Part shown: positions 31,775 to 42,854 of the stretch, in pieces
Position numbering within the stretch: the stretch's first letter is position 1
How the letters are laid out: each line of letters opens with the position of its first letter
NCBI GenBank assembly: GCA_963707955.1
Contig: OY970176.1
Coordinates: 1,216,001-1,280,000 of the forward strand
Reading direction: 5' to 3'
DNA length: 64,000 bases
DNA from: Candidatus Bathyarchaeota archaeon
Lineage (GTDB): Archaea > Thermoproteota > Bathyarchaeia > Bathyarchaeales > Bathycorpusculaceae
Notes under the pieces: generated by a model
What the model saw: only the letters and a program-made list of their open reading frames with translations
The model's database searches: none
Told to the model about the DNA's origin: nothing
Translations under genes and position numbers: made by a program

Positions 31775-32800
31775 ATGGTGATGGAAATGACGGTAAAAGC
31801 AGCTATAAACGGTTTTGGAAGAATAGGGCGTCTGCTTTACAGAGCGGCTCTTGAAAGAAAGGCCGACATAGATTTTGTCGCTGTCAACGACATAACCGAC
31901 GCGAAAACGCTTGCACATCTGCTTAAGTACGACTCAGTTCACGGGAGATTCAACGGTGACGTACAGGTGAGAGGCAATGACCTCGTGGTGAACGGAAAAC
32001 TGTTGAAGGTCCTAGCGCAGAAAGACCCGGCTCAGCTTCCTTGGAAAGACTTGGGCGTCTACTTGGCCGTAGAATCGACAGGGTTTTTCACGGACAGGGA
32101 AGGCGCATCGAAACACCTCGCCGCAGGAGCGAAGAAGGTTCTGATCTCGGCGCCAGCAACGAACCCTGACGTTACAATGGTCATCGGCGTCAACGACAAA
32201 TCATACGATCACCAGAAGCACAATTTGGTCTCGAACGCCTCGTGCACGACGAACTGCGTTGGCCCCGTCACGAAAGTGCTGCATGACAACTTCGGCGTTG
32301 AGAGAGCGTTCATGATGACGGCCCACGCGTACACAAACGACCAGAGACTACAGGACCTAGTGCACAAGGATCTGAGACGCGCCAGAGCCGCTGCAGTGAA
32401 CATTATCCCCACGTCAACCGGAGCCGCCCGCGCGATCGGCGAGATCATGCCCGAACTCAAGGGAAAAATAGACGGCATAGCCCTCCGAGTTCCTCTTCCG
32501 GACGTTTCAATCGTAGACTTGACAGCGTCGCTGAAGAAAGAGGCAACGAAAGAAACAGTGAACGCAGCCTTCAAGAAAGCTGCTGAAGGTTCTCTGAAAG
32601 GCATTCTGGAGTACACGGAAGACCCGATAGTCTCATCAGACGTGCTCCACAGCACGTACTCAGCGGTGTTCGACGCACAGTCAACGATGGTCATCGACAA
32701 GAACTTCGTCAAGGTGCTCGCGTGGTACGACAACGAGTGGGGCTTCTCGTGCCGCATGGTCGAACAGATAGAGATGATCGGGAAAAAGGAAGGTCTCTAG
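31775..32800 (+). CDS. gap: type I (bacterial-type) glyceraldehyde-3-phosphate dehydrogenase
   Basis: AINGFGRIGR, SNASCTTNC, NIIPTSTGAA and WYDNEWG motifs. Confidence 0.96.
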   Translation: MVMEMTVKAAINGFGRIGRLLYRAALERKADIDFVAVNDITDAKTLAHLLKYDSVHGRFNGDVQVRGNDLVVNGKLLKVLAQKDPAQLPWKDLGVYLAVESTGFFTDREGASKHLAAGAKKVLISAPATNPDVTMVIGVNDKSYDHQKHNLVSNASCTTNCVGPVTKVLHDNFGVERAFMMTAHAYTNDQRLQDLVHKDLRRARAAAVNIIPTSTGAARAIGEIMPELKGKIDGIALRVPLPDVSIVDLTASLKKEATKETVNAAFKKAAEGSLKGILEYTEDPIVSSDVLHSTYSAVFDAQSTMVIDKNFVKVLAWYDNEWGFSCRMVEQIEMIGKKEGL

Positions 32801-32860
32801 CCCAGACCTGACGAGTGGAATCATAAACACTCTCCGCGGTTTTTTTTGTGTTGCTAGGAG

Positions 32861-34099
32861 TTGGAGAATATGCCGAAGTTCCTCACGTTGGATGATGTGA
32901 AAGTTAAGGACAAAGTCGTACTGGTGAGGGTTGACTTCAACTCGGCAGTAGACCCGAAGACCCATAAGATCTTGGAAGACGCGAGGATTCGCGCTCATGC
33001 TGAAACAACGATTAAAGAGCTTTCCGATAAGGGCGCAAAGGTCGTGATCCTGGCGCATCAGGGACGCAAAGGAGACCCGGATTTTATTCCTTTGAAGCAG
33101 CATGCTGAAATCCTCGGCAAAATCTTGAAGAAGCCAGTCAAGTATGTTGATGACCTTTTCGGAGAAAAAGCGAAGACCGCCATAAAGAACTTGAAGAGCG
33201 GCGAAATTCTCGTTCTGGAGAACGTGAGGACGTTTGCGGGTGAAACCAAAGATGGATCGCCGGAAGAGCATGCGAAGACGGAGCTTGTGAGAAACCTTGC
33301 TCCTCTGGCGGATCTTTTCGTGAACGATGCTTTCGCAGCTGCGCACAGGGCACACGTGTCAATGGTAGGCTTCACAGCCGTATTGCCCAGCGTTGCAGGA
33401 CGCATAATGGAGAGAGAACTGAAATCGCTCAGCAAAGTGTTGGAGAAGCCGGAAAAGCCTTGCATCTTCATACTTGGAGGGGCCAAAGCGGACGACTCGC
33501 TTGAAATCTCCAAGTACGTGCTGGACAAGGATATAGCGAACACCGTGCTAACAGGAGGAGTCGTGGGCCAAGTGTTCCTGGCGGCAAAAGGTGTAGACCT
33601 TGGCAAACCGAACATGGACTACTTGGAGAAAAAGGAGCTCATGAACCTCTTACCAGGCATAAAAGCACTCATCCAAAAATACTCGGACAGAATCAAGACT
33701 CCGCAGGATCTGGCCGTAGAAGTGAACGGCAGAAGAAAAGAGATATCGGTTAACGAGCTGCCCACGGAATATTCAACTTACGACATCGGGACGAAAACGG
33801 TTGATGACTACGCTAAGATCATAAGAAAGGCGAAGTCAATCGTCATCAGCGGGCCGATGGGAGTTTATGAGAACAAGGAGTTCAGTTTTGGAACGAAGAG
33901 GATTCTTGAAGAGGTCGCGAATTCTAAGGCGTTTTCTCTGGCCGGAGGGGGACACACGATATCGGCTATTGAAGAGTTTGGGCTGAGCAAGAAAATATCG
34001 TACGTCAGCACGGCCGGTGGAGCGTTGATAGAGTTTCTGATGGGTAAGAAGCTTCCAGGCGTCGTTGCACTGGAAAAAGCTGCGGCTAGAACAGATTAA
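32861..34099 (+). CDS. pgk: phosphoglycerate kinase
   Basis: RVDFNS, AHQGR, DAFAAAHR, GGAK and STAGGA motifs. Confidence 0.97.
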   Translation: MENMPKFLTLDDVKVKDKVVLVRVDFNSAVDPKTHKILEDARIRAHAETTIKELSDKGAKVVILAHQGRKGDPDFIPLKQHAEILGKILKKPVKYVDDLFGEKAKTAIKNLKSGEILVLENVRTFAGETKDGSPEEHAKTELVRNLAPLADLFVNDAFAAAHRAHVSMVGFTAVLPSVAGRIMERELKSLSKVLEKPEKPCIFILGGAKADDSLEISKYVLDKDIANTVLTGGVVGQVFLAAKGVDLGKPNMDYLEKKELMNLLPGIKALIQKYSDRIKTPQDLAVEVNGRRKEISVNELPTEYSTYDIGTKTVDDYAKIIRKAKSIVISGPMGVYENKEFSFGTKRILEEVANSKAFSLAGGGHTISAIEEFGLSKKISYVSTAGGALIEFLMGKKLPGVVALEKAAARTD

Positions 34100-34180
34100 G
34101 CGCGCGCTAGTGATAAGGAAAAAGCTTACAGCCTCCAACCAAGCACTTTGCGCTGTTCCACAGACAAGACCTGGGCGCGA

Positions 34181-35159
34181 CTATAGCTTCAGGAGTTTTG
34201 CGGCGTTTTCCCCGAGGATCTTCCGCTTCTCCTCGTCGCTTATATCCAGTCGCCTTATTCGCTCCACGGCTTTTTCCAAGTCGCTTATTTGGTGGGGGAA
34301 GTCGCTCCCCAGCAGGATTTTGTCGGCTCCTGAGTAGGCGTAGGATGACATGAGAATGTCCTGATCGTAGCAGATGGAGTCCATCCAGATCTTCTTGAGA
34401 TAGTTGGAGGGGGGTTCTGAGATGTTGGTCTTACATTCGGGGTAGGCGTTGAAGCCCATGTCTATCCTTCCGCGAAGGTAGGGGAAGACGTCTCCTAAGT
34501 GGGAAGCGATGAGCTTCAGGTTGGGCAACTTCTTCATGATGCCGCTGAAGACGAGCCTTAGTACGGCGAGGGCGGTGTCGACTCCGAACCCGAGGATGGG
34601 TACTAGCCTGTAGTCGCTCATCGCTGTGTGATTGAGAGGCGACGTAGGATGAATGAAAAGAGGCACGTTGAGCTTGGCTGCCTTCTCGTAGATCGACATG
34701 AGGTTCTCGGAATCAAGGGGCTTATTGTTCGCGTTTGACATCAGCGTTGCCCCACTCAGGCCGCATTCCTGAACCGCCCTTTCCAGCTCGGTCGCCGCCG
34801 CTTCTGGGTCCTGAAGTGGCAACGCCGCTAGGGCCGCGAATCGGTCCGGCTGCTTCTCAACTATCTCGCCGAAACCATCGTTCGCCAGATGAGCTAATCT
34901 TATACCTCTCATCGGAGCCTCGCGCTCCACGCTGGGCGTCGTTAGAGTAAGCACCCTGCAGGTCAATCTCATGCTTGTTCATCGCCTTGATCCTGTCCCC
35001 GAGATTAACGTGGGGTCCAACGACGATGTTGTAGTCGCCTGCGTATTGTATTAAGAGCCTGCCTTTTTCGTCCTTGGAAAATGACGCGTATCCTTTCACT
35101 CTCTTCAACTCATCGATGTAGGCCTTTGGGTAGAAGTGGTTGTGAAAGTCAACAATCAA
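34181..35159 (-). CDS. amidohydrolase 2 family (ACMSD-like decarboxylase), frameshift near 34955
   Basis: N-terminal IVDFHNH lies in one frame; FIHP, SHLG and GSDFP lie in the next; extra G in CAGGGTG. Confidence 0.85.
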
Positions 35160-35510
35160 GCAAATTCCTCTTCTGCAGAAAACAAGAAACATCCGAATAA
35201 TAAAAGGAGTGAGGCAGTTAGCAGAACCTGAGGGGAGATTTATTCTGAATCCATATTCACGGTTAACAAGTGACTTAACCACGAACCCTCACAAAACGTG
35301 AACCGAGAAGAGGTAAAGGCAATGTGTCACGATATGAGACGATTTGAAAGGATGGCGGAAGAAAAGAGACGCCGCCAGGCCGAAGGAAAAATCGATTCCA
35401 TAATCAACGAGCCCGAAGGAATCGCAGTGGCTCCGGAAACGAAACCTAAAGAAGACCAAATCAAGACGACTTCGTGAACGCACCGTCTGCAGAAGAAGAC
35501 GTTGGTTGTA

Positions 35511-36011
35511 TCAAAAAACCTGGTTTACCGTCGTTGCTGTCTCCACGATTTCCGTCAGCTGTGATTCGCTTATCTCTCCCAAGATGAGACTCAGCGTCTT
35601 TAGCACTTTCAAACTCTTCTTTTCAAGCCTGTTCTTCAGAGCTTTCGCATAGCTTTCTCTTCCCAGTCCGGATGAGACGAAGGCTATGGCCTTTTTTCCT
35701 TCGGCGTTTGTCATCTCCTTTATGAAAGTGCTTACCGGAGGCGCTATTCGGCCGTACCAGTTGGGCGTTCCAACACAGATAACATCGTATGGACTCATGT
35801 CTTGCAGAGACCTTATCCTCGGCTTCCTGTTCAGAAAGGTGTCGAGGAGAACCCTTGGGTTAAGGTGGGGCAAGGTGCTGCTGTACTCCCTCACCATCTC
35901 GATTTTTAACACGTCGACTTCACAATTCGATTCCAAAGCCTGCTTTACAGCATTAGAGATCTTTTCCGTATTTCCCGTCTTCGAGTAGTACGCGATCAAA
36001 ACCCTCAACAC
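35511..36011 (-). CDS. flavodoxin family protein
   Basis: YYSKTGNT FMN-binding loop; GTPNW motif. Confidence 0.85.
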   Translation of the reverse strand: MLRVLIAYYSKTGNTEKISNAVKQALESNCEVDVLKIEMVREYSSTLPHLNPRVLLDTFLNRKPRIRSLQDMSPYDVICVGTPNWYGRIAPPVSTFIKEMTNAEGKKAIAFVSSGLGRESYAKALKNRLEKKSLKVLKTLSLILGEISESQLTEIVETATTVNQVF

Positions 36012-36072
36012 CAGTATCCTCCTGTTTTCGGCTAGCTACTTTTGGTTGTGAGGAATGAGAAATGATGCGTGC

Positions 36073-36910
36073 CTAGTCTTTTCGGGAGACGAAGACCAAT
36101 TCTTTCGCCTTTGGTTTCTTAGGCGGCTTTATCTTCCAGTCGGGGTAGCAGTTGATCTCTTTGAAGCCAAGCTGCCTGAAGATAGTGAAGGATGTCCCAG
36201 TAGGTGAATAGCCGCGAGTGTTCGCGGTCTCGAAAGATGTGCATGCCGTCGGGAGCCTCGCTTATGCTCGTCTCCTGATCCCAAGCCACACCATGGATCG
36301 GTTCAAAGTCTTGGAGTCGACAGATAGTTGTGATGCGTATGCCACGAGCGTTGGATTCTTCAACATGAAACCCCTTATGGATCAGGTCTGAGAACCAGCC
36401 CTTACCCTCATACAAAGGATTGTAGATGTTGCAGACTAGTATGCCGCCTGACCTTAGTCCACGGTAGATCCGGCGCAGAGTCTTCACAACATCATCATCG
36501 TCTGGAAGGAGGAAGAGTATGTAGAGTGCAAGCGCTGCATCAAACTCATTCTGATACTCTATTCTCGTGGCATCACCCTGCAACAGTTTGACAGAGACAC
36601 CTTCGCGTTTAGCTCTGACTTTGGCTATTTGAACTCGTTCAGAGGTGTAGTCTTGTCCAGTGCATTGGTAGTGACGGTGCGCCAACCCGATTACGTGTCG
36701 ACCGTTTCCACACGCAACATCAAGTACCTCCCTGACTTGATGGTCTGCAAATGCGCGGAAGGCAGATTCAAGGAAGTCGAGTTGACGTTTTGTGGTCTCA
36801 GCGGCTCCTCGCTGTCGCTGAGCCAGTAGGTCTTCGTAATAGGCTATGTGAGTGTAGTAGGCACGAGAGGCTTTCAGAACATTCTCTCTTGTGTTTTCGT
36901 TTTGGTCCAT
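36073..36910 (-). CDS. class I SAM-dependent methyltransferase, frameshift near 36170
   Basis: VLDVACGNGRH and GDA motifs; removing one T gives the typical tail LQAAGFKEINCYPDW...VSRKD*. Confidence 0.85.
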
Positions 36911-37129
36911 GATGTCAGGTCTGGTTCCGCTCAGGATATAAGATTTCTGAGGGACATCAGATTGAAATCGTGTGCCAAGGCCTAAGCGCGCTAGTCAAAT
37001 TCCAACGATTCTTCTGTTTCAGTTCTCGTAACTTGTGCAAAAATCTTTGGCCAAGCTGCAGAGGACCAGGTTTCAAGACCTAGTCCACTCATTCTATTCT
37101 TTTAAGTAATAAGAAGCGCGCGCGTTTTT

Positions 37130-37672
37130 TCACAAAGTCTCGATGGTCTGCAAGATCGCGAGTACTCCGGCTTCTCTGGCTCTTCTCTCAAGGTACTGTT
37201 TATCGAGCTTGTTTTCTTGTCTGACCAGCACGCTTTTTACGTCTTGTTCGTCAGTCACTCCCCTGTCGGGTCTGGCCAGCTTGTTAACTATGAAATCCTC
37301 TGCGGAAATGACCCATGCCAGAGTGTTCGCATCCAGTCTGACTTTCTGTCTTCTTCTGAGGTTTTCATCGTCAAAGACAATGCCGTCAGGCTTCAACCAT
37401 AGTTCTATTTCTACTTTCTCTTTTCGGTCCACAACAAGGATCAGAGGGTTATTTGGGGACTTGATAGTTGGGTCAAAATCTGCTGATTGTAGCAGATCAA
37501 GCAGATGGTTTAGTTCTTCGCCGGTTTTGATTGCCACGGCCAAGTCAACGTCGACTGTTGTTCGGATTCTTCCGTAGAAGGGAAGAGCGTAGCCTCCGAT
37601 TATCATGTAGGGGACTTTTTTGTCTTCAAACAGTTTCAGAAGTCTGTGAAGAGACCTTAATATTGCGGGCAA
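37130..37672 (-). CDS. nucleotidyltransferase (DUF6036/AbiEii-like), putative toxin
   Basis: IIGGYA...RTTVDVD, EDFIVNKL...R..D..D motifs. Confidence 0.8.
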   Translation of the reverse strand: MPAILRSLHRLLKLFEDKKVPYMIIGGYALPFYGRIRTTVDVDLAVAIKTGEELNHLLDLLQSADFDPTIKSPNNPLILVVDRKEKVEIELWLKPDGIVFDDENLRRRQKVRLDANTLAWVISAEDFIVNKLARPDRGVTDEQDVKSVLVRQENKLDKQYLERRAREAGVLAILQTIETL

Positions 37673-38036
37673 TCGTGTTCAGCTCCATGAAGATTTGGAA
37701 GGGTGAATGACCGTTTGCAACGAGTCTGCTGGCGTATGCTGCGTCTTTCGCTGCGTGGTCTAGGTCTTCTTTTCTCGCTCTGAGCGGTTTGGTTCTTAGT
37801 TTTCTGTAGGTTTCAAGGAACTCGAAGCCGAGAGGCGTGCACGTTACGGTCTTTCGGGGTCTACCTCGCTTCGAACCTGCGACCTGTTTGAACTCGATAA
37901 GCTGCTCTTCGCTCATCTTTCTTAATAAGCCGACGACGTTCGATGTTTTCCATTTCAGTGTCCTAGCTAAGTCTCTGACGCCGCTGGTGGTCGACGCTGC
38001 GGCTTCAAGTATTTGAGCTCGTTGATCCGAAGACAT
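37626..38036 (-). CDS. winged-helix DNA-binding protein, putative antitoxin
   Basis: HTH with wing GRPRK...TPLG; overlaps the nucleotidyltransferase gene. Confidence 0.7.
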   Translation of the reverse strand: MSSDQRAQILEAAASTTSGVRDLARTLKWKTSNVVGLLRKMSEEQLIEFKQVAGSKRGRPRKTVTCTPLGFEFLETYRKLRTKPLRARKEDLDHAAKDAAYASRLVANGHSPFQIFMELNTIARNIKVSSQTSETV

Positions 38037-38039
38037 TTT

Positions 38040-38056
38040 GTTTCCCTTTTGGAAAC
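38040..38056. promoter_or_regulatory. palindromic operator GTTTCC-N5-GGAAAC
   Basis: Perfect 6-bp inverted repeat a few bases upstream of the wHTH start codon. Confidence 0.5.
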
Positions 38057-38385
38057 TTATTTACTCTATACGTGAAGCCCCATCTATTTAAACACAGCGC
38101 AACTCGGTTCTGTGAAATCTTCGGTTGATGATTCATTCTTGAACGCCATTGAAGCAACTAGTGCAAGTTTGCCTAATCCCATCATTCAAGTCTTGGAGAG
38201 TGGACCAAACTATTCCACTTTTCCATTTAACCTGCTCTTAAAACACATTTGGGCGCGCTGGTCAGAAAAGGGAAATGGTCAGAACTGTGGGAGGTTTGTC
38301 TGCAGTACGATGATGAGATCTCCACTCAACTTCGGGTTAAGAGACGTGTCCATGGGCTGTTCTTAAGAATTTTTCAACGTGGGCT

Positions 38386-39645
38386 CTAAAACTGCAGTTT
38401 TCTCGTGGAGCCTTCTCTCACGTCACCGGCCAGTATGAGGGCGGTCCTTTCGGGTCTGCATATTTCTGCAACATTCTCTTTGAATTCGTTGAAGTTTAGT
38501 GTTTCGAGCTGCGAGGTCAGCCCGTCCCATGAGCAGTGTCCTCTTCTGAGGGTTTCCCATGCGCCTTGCAGTGTTCTGTACATCATTGTGCTGTCGATGT
38601 TTGTTGTGAGTTGGCCGATTGCGTGGTTGCGGGCGTTTTCAAAGTGTTCCTTGAACTTGTCTGTGTCTTCTCTCAGCTCGCCGAGTGTTTCTGTCAGGAT
38701 CTTTAGGACTTTCGATGCTTTGTCTGGCCGAGTGGCGAAGGTTGTGAACAGCATGCCGGCTTCCTTGTAGCATGGTGTGAGCGTGCGGAGTTTGTCGGTG
38801 AGCTGTGCTTCCAGGACGAGGCGTCTGCGCAGTATTGATGATTGGCCGGATGAGAGCATGGAGCCGAGAATTTGAAGCGATGCCCTTTCTTGGGCAGAGC
38901 CTGTTGGGCCGCTTAGTGCCAGACCGACTTGGAGAAGCTTGGTGGGGCGGCGGAGCTCTGTTGTTGAAGGCCCTTGAGGCTTAAACTTCTCGTAAGAGAC
39001 AGTTGGGCCTTTCAACCTTTTCATCCAGTAGTCGTGACCATTCACGCAGTCAATCAGCTTGTCCATTGTCAGGTCGCCTGAGACCCATACGACTGTGTTG
39101 GCCGGGTTGTAGAGGGAGCGGAAATAATCGTGCATTTTGGAGTGTATTATGGCTTTTATGGTTTCTTCTGAACCGATGACCGTTGTGGACAGGGGATGGT
39201 CTTTGAACAGGGTGAGTGTGGCGGTTTTTTCAACCAGCTGGTCAGGGTTGTCTTCTGTGATGAAGTATTCGCTGAGGATGACGCCTCTTTCGCGTTCGAA
39301 CTCTTTGGGTTCGATTGATGCCTCGGACAGTAGGTGCAGCCATAGGTCAAGCGCTCTGATTGAGTGTTCCTTGGGGCATTCTGCAATGTATATTGTTGCG
39401 TCGACATCGGTCCACGCGTTGTTTCTTGCGCCGAGCTTGTCAAAGGTCGCGTCGACGCTCTTGACGGTTCTGGTTCCTTTGAAGATCATGTGTTCAAGAT
39501 AATGAGAGATTCCGGATACGTCTGGTTCCTCTGTGCGGCCTCCCACTGGGAAGCCGACGGCAACGCCTGCCGACTTTGCTTTGGGCAGGTTTTCCAGGAC
39601 CAGTCGCAGTCCGTTGGAGAATTTGTGAGTTTCAGTGTCGGTCAT
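38386..39645 (-). CDS. M16 (pitrilysin) family zinc peptidase, catalytic subunit
   Basis: HxxEH motif HYLEHMIFKGT; NAWT and ERGVILSE. Confidence 0.92.
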   Translation of the reverse strand: MTDTETHKFSNGLRLVLENLPKAKSAGVAVGFPVGGRTEEPDVSGISHYLEHMIFKGTRTVKSVDATFDKLGARNNAWTDVDATIYIAECPKEHSIRALDLWLHLLSEASIEPKEFERERGVILSEYFITEDNPDQLVEKTATLTLFKDHPLSTTVIGSEETIKAIIHSKMHDYFRSLYNPANTVVWVSGDLTMDKLIDCVNGHDYWMKRLKGPTVSYEKFKPQGPSTTELRRPTKLLQVGLALSGPTGSAQERASLQILGSMLSSGQSSILRRRLVLEAQLTDKLRTLTPCYKEAGMLFTTFATRPDKASKVLKILTETLGELREDTDKFKEHFENARNHAIGQLTTNIDSTMMYRTLQGAWETLRRGHCSWDGLTSQLETLNFNEFKENVAEICRPERTALILAGDVREGSTRKLQF

Positions 39646-40918
39646 TCTGTTCCCTCTCTTAATGTTTCGGCGAGGTTCTTCATGCTCGGCGGTTTGCCTG
39701 CGATGCTGAGCGACACTCGGGAGCTGGTGAGAGATTTTTCGAGGGTTTTTCTGATGGTTTCAGGCGTAAGTGCTTCGATTTTCGACATGTAGGATTCAGG
39801 GTTTGTTTCTGCTCCTCGGAAGAGGTTCAGGGCCAGCCAGGTGGAGGCTCTGGAGGGCACTTCCAGCATTGTTTCGATGACTTGTCGGTGAAGGGTTTTC
39901 AGTTCTTTCAGGCTTTTTTCGGGCAGGGCCTTGTCTCGTAACTCTGTCATGCACTTGAGCGTGAGACGAAGCGCTTCAGAGACTTTCTCGTGTTTCACAC
40001 CTGCATGAGCGGTTAGAAGGCCGCAGGGTTTGAGGGCGAACAGTCTTGAGCCTGGGAAGTATGTTAATCCTCTCTTTTCGCGAAGTTCCTTGAACAGGGT
40101 TCCAGCGTAATGGCGTTCGGAGCCCAAGCAGTCCTCTAGAAGCAGCAGCGCTGGGTAGTCGGGGGAAGAGACCCCGCCGTCACTGCTCCCACTGTGAAGG
40201 TTGTCTGCTGTGCTTGAAGCAAGGTTCGGAGAACGTTGAATTCTCGCCCAGAACCTGGAGTGATTTTTTCTGGCGACGGTTTGAGTGAAACGTTTTCAAA
40301 CGAAGAGGCAGCCCAGTTGACAAGCGTTTCTTCTCTTTGCTTGCCCACTATGGATATGACGAGCGGCGCGGTCCGTCTCGTTTGTTCATCAAACTCTTTC
40401 AATGTTTTAGGTGTTATCTTCTCTATTGTGTTAGGGTACCCTGTAACCGGGTGGCCCAGAGGGCTCCGTGGGAACGCTGCTTCCCAAACGTTTGTCATCG
40501 ACGCCGTCATCGGGTCCTGCGTAACCTTCTCGTACACAAGTCTTTGGGAAGCCTTTTCTTTGTCAAGTTCTGACGTTGGAAAAGACGGAAACGGGTACAG
40601 TTCAGCGAGGAGTCTCAGGCATTCTTCCAATTTCTTGGAAGGAACCTGGGCCCGGAGCAGCATATAGTCTCGGTCAGTCACAGCCTCGACCGTTGCGCCT
40701 AAGCGATCCATAGAGGCCTGCAAGGCCAGCGGGTCAAGTTTTGATGCCAGCCTCAAACGCATAGAGTTGTCTATGCACGCGCAACCTTCTATCGGGTCAC
40801 TGTAGGAACCTCTTCCCACAAGAAACGCAACTGATGCAGAACGCAGAAACCCGTTAGAAAGCGCAACGACGTTGACTCCTTTTGAAACCTCCCTGACCAG
40901 AACTGGAAAAGTGACCAC
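39642..40918 (-). CDS. M16 family peptidase, non-catalytic subunit; frameshift near 40173
   Basis: M16 fold without HxxEH; adding one G joins ...AG to VSSPDYPALLLLEDCLGS...LFKELREKRGLTY. Confidence 0.8.
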
Positions 40919-41274
40919 CCACCACCTTTTCTTGAAGCCATTCCTCTAAAAGCTTTTTCTCCAGCGCGCGCTTGTCAACTGCACCAAGTTGGCCTGTGTG
41001 AACATGACGATCCTGAAGCGCGCGCGCCTCATAAAATTCGAAGGCTAACCCATTGAGCCCTGTGATTTTAATATAAGGACTTCTGATAGATCACGGAAAT
41101 TTGCGTCTGTGCTCTTAGCGCGCGCTCTTGTTGCGGTTTCTTATGGTTTTTGGAACGCGAGCTCGCACGCGAAAAGCGAGGGAGAAACGAAAGGAGAAAG
41201 GAAAAGTTTTCTCCCACGCATTTCGTTAAGTTATGAAGTGTCAATCTGCGATTTAATTCTACGTTTTTGTACGC

Positions 41275-42729
41275 GTGTGCAAACGATTTGAACAGCGCGC
41301 GCCGCTTTCCGACGACCGCGCGGGCAGAAGAAAGCCACTTTCTCGAGCCCGCGCTATACTTTATTATACTAGGAGAAAGGCAAAAAAATGGGAAGGACGC
41401 GTTTTGGGGAAAGCGGAAAACGCTCGGGAAAGTTGGCAGAGTGCGGCTCAAACTCGGGATCTGCAGAGTGGATCGGAGAGAACAAAGCGTGGCTCCTGGG
41501 TCAATGCTGTTCTTCCCTTTAACGTCGCGTTGGGGCCTGTTGGAACTCTAATCCAGCTTCTTATACTCAACCTGCATGGAACGGTAATTGATGTTGGCTT
41601 AGCTGTCACTCTTTTCAACGCGGTCAGTGTGCCCTCCGCAATAGTGTGGGGTTTTGTCACCGATCGCTTCCATAGGAGAAAGATGACAATCGTCGTAAGC
41701 TACTTGGTGACAGGTGGGGTTCTGGGTTCGTTTCTTTTTGCAACTACGGGATACCTTGTTTCGTTGCTGTACGCGTTGTTTTCGTTTGTATCATCCGCCT
41801 CAACGACGCCGCTGAATCTTCTCATCATGGAGACGGAGCGCAAGCAGAAATGGGCGACCGCTTTCGCCAGGTTCTCCATGATCACGAGCATCGGCAACAC
41901 GGTGGGGTTGATGCTGAGCGTGGTTTGGGGATTTTTCTTTTCTTTGAATTACCTCGTGCTTCTCTTGGCTATTCTCACTGTGGTATCTGCGGTTCTTGCT
42001 GTGTTGATGATACAGGAGCCCAGCGTGATCTTCGAGCGAAACGTCATAGTGCTGAGCAAACCGAGCTTCTTCGAGCGGCTTCGAGCGGACCCTTTCTTCT
42101 TTCTCAGGGTTCCCCGTTTAAGCGATTTCAGAAGAGTTTTCAGGAACCTAAAGTATGAACTTACTCGACAGATGCCTATTCTCTACTTCTCAATCTTCAT
42201 GTTCTACTTCGCGTCGGGACTCTTCAACACTTCAATCGTTTCGTCTCTGCAGGCGAATAGTCTTTCCAGCTTTCTGATCTTCCTCGTCATGACTGTAATG
42301 ATGCTGGCCCAGATAGTGGCGTTCAAGTATTCGGGACCTTACACTGAAAAGAGGTCGCTGGTGAAAACATCTGTGGAAGGGCTCGTGCTCAGATCCGCAT
42401 GTTATGGGGTTCTGGGAGTGTCATTGTACATGATTTCTGGAGTATGGTTTTTGATTCCTGTCTTGATCTTCTATCCACTCGGGGCAGGTGTTGCCTTCTC
42501 GCTCTATTACACTGCGTCCAACACGATGGTGTTCAACACGCTCAGCGGGGCGAGGCAGGGTCAATCCTTAGGAGTGTACAGTGCACTTGTGGGAATCGCC
42601 ACTCTTGTGGGTTCGGCGGTTTCAGGGTTTACGTCTTTTTTCCTCGGTTTCTCCACGACATTCATCCTAGCCGCCGCGTTTATGGGATCATCCGCATGGC
42701 TTGCCTCATTACTGGAGCATTCTAAATAG
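41275..42729 (+). CDS. MFS transporter
   Basis: About 12 hydrophobic segments and WGFVTDRFHRRK motif A; true start probably downstream of 41400. Confidence 0.85.
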   Translation: MCKRFEQRAPLSDDRAGRRKPLSRARAILYYTRRKAKKWEGRVLGKAENARESWQSAAQTRDLQSGSERTKRGSWVNAVLPFNVALGPVGTLIQLLILNLHGTVIDVGLAVTLFNAVSVPSAIVWGFVTDRFHRRKMTIVVSYLVTGGVLGSFLFATTGYLVSLLYALFSFVSSASTTPLNLLIMETERKQKWATAFARFSMITSIGNTVGLMLSVVWGFFFSLNYLVLLLAILTVVSAVLAVLMIQEPSVIFERNVIVLSKPSFFERLRADPFFFLRVPRLSDFRRVFRNLKYELTRQMPILYFSIFMFYFASGLFNTSIVSSLQANSLSSFLIFLVMTVMMLAQIVAFKYSGPYTEKRSLVKTSVEGLVLRSACYGVLGVSLYMISGVWFLIPVLIFYPLGAGVAFSLYYTASNTMVFNTLSGARQGQSLGVYSALVGIATLVGSAVSGFTSFFLGFSTTFILAAAFMGSSAWLASLLEHSK

Positions 42730-42854
42730 CGCGAGCAGAGACAGACAAAGAGATCCAAAAACTCAAATTCTAACTACTCGTCCGGTTCAGACCGCATAAA
42801 GATTAAATTCTGCCAGCAGTTCAATACTAGTTGCAAATTGGAAATCGATTGAAA

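Noticed and set aside
37061-37090. tRNA T-arm-like hairpin GGACCAGGTTTCAAGACCTAGTCC
   Set aside because: No cloverleaf can be built; it is more simply an intergenic hairpin.
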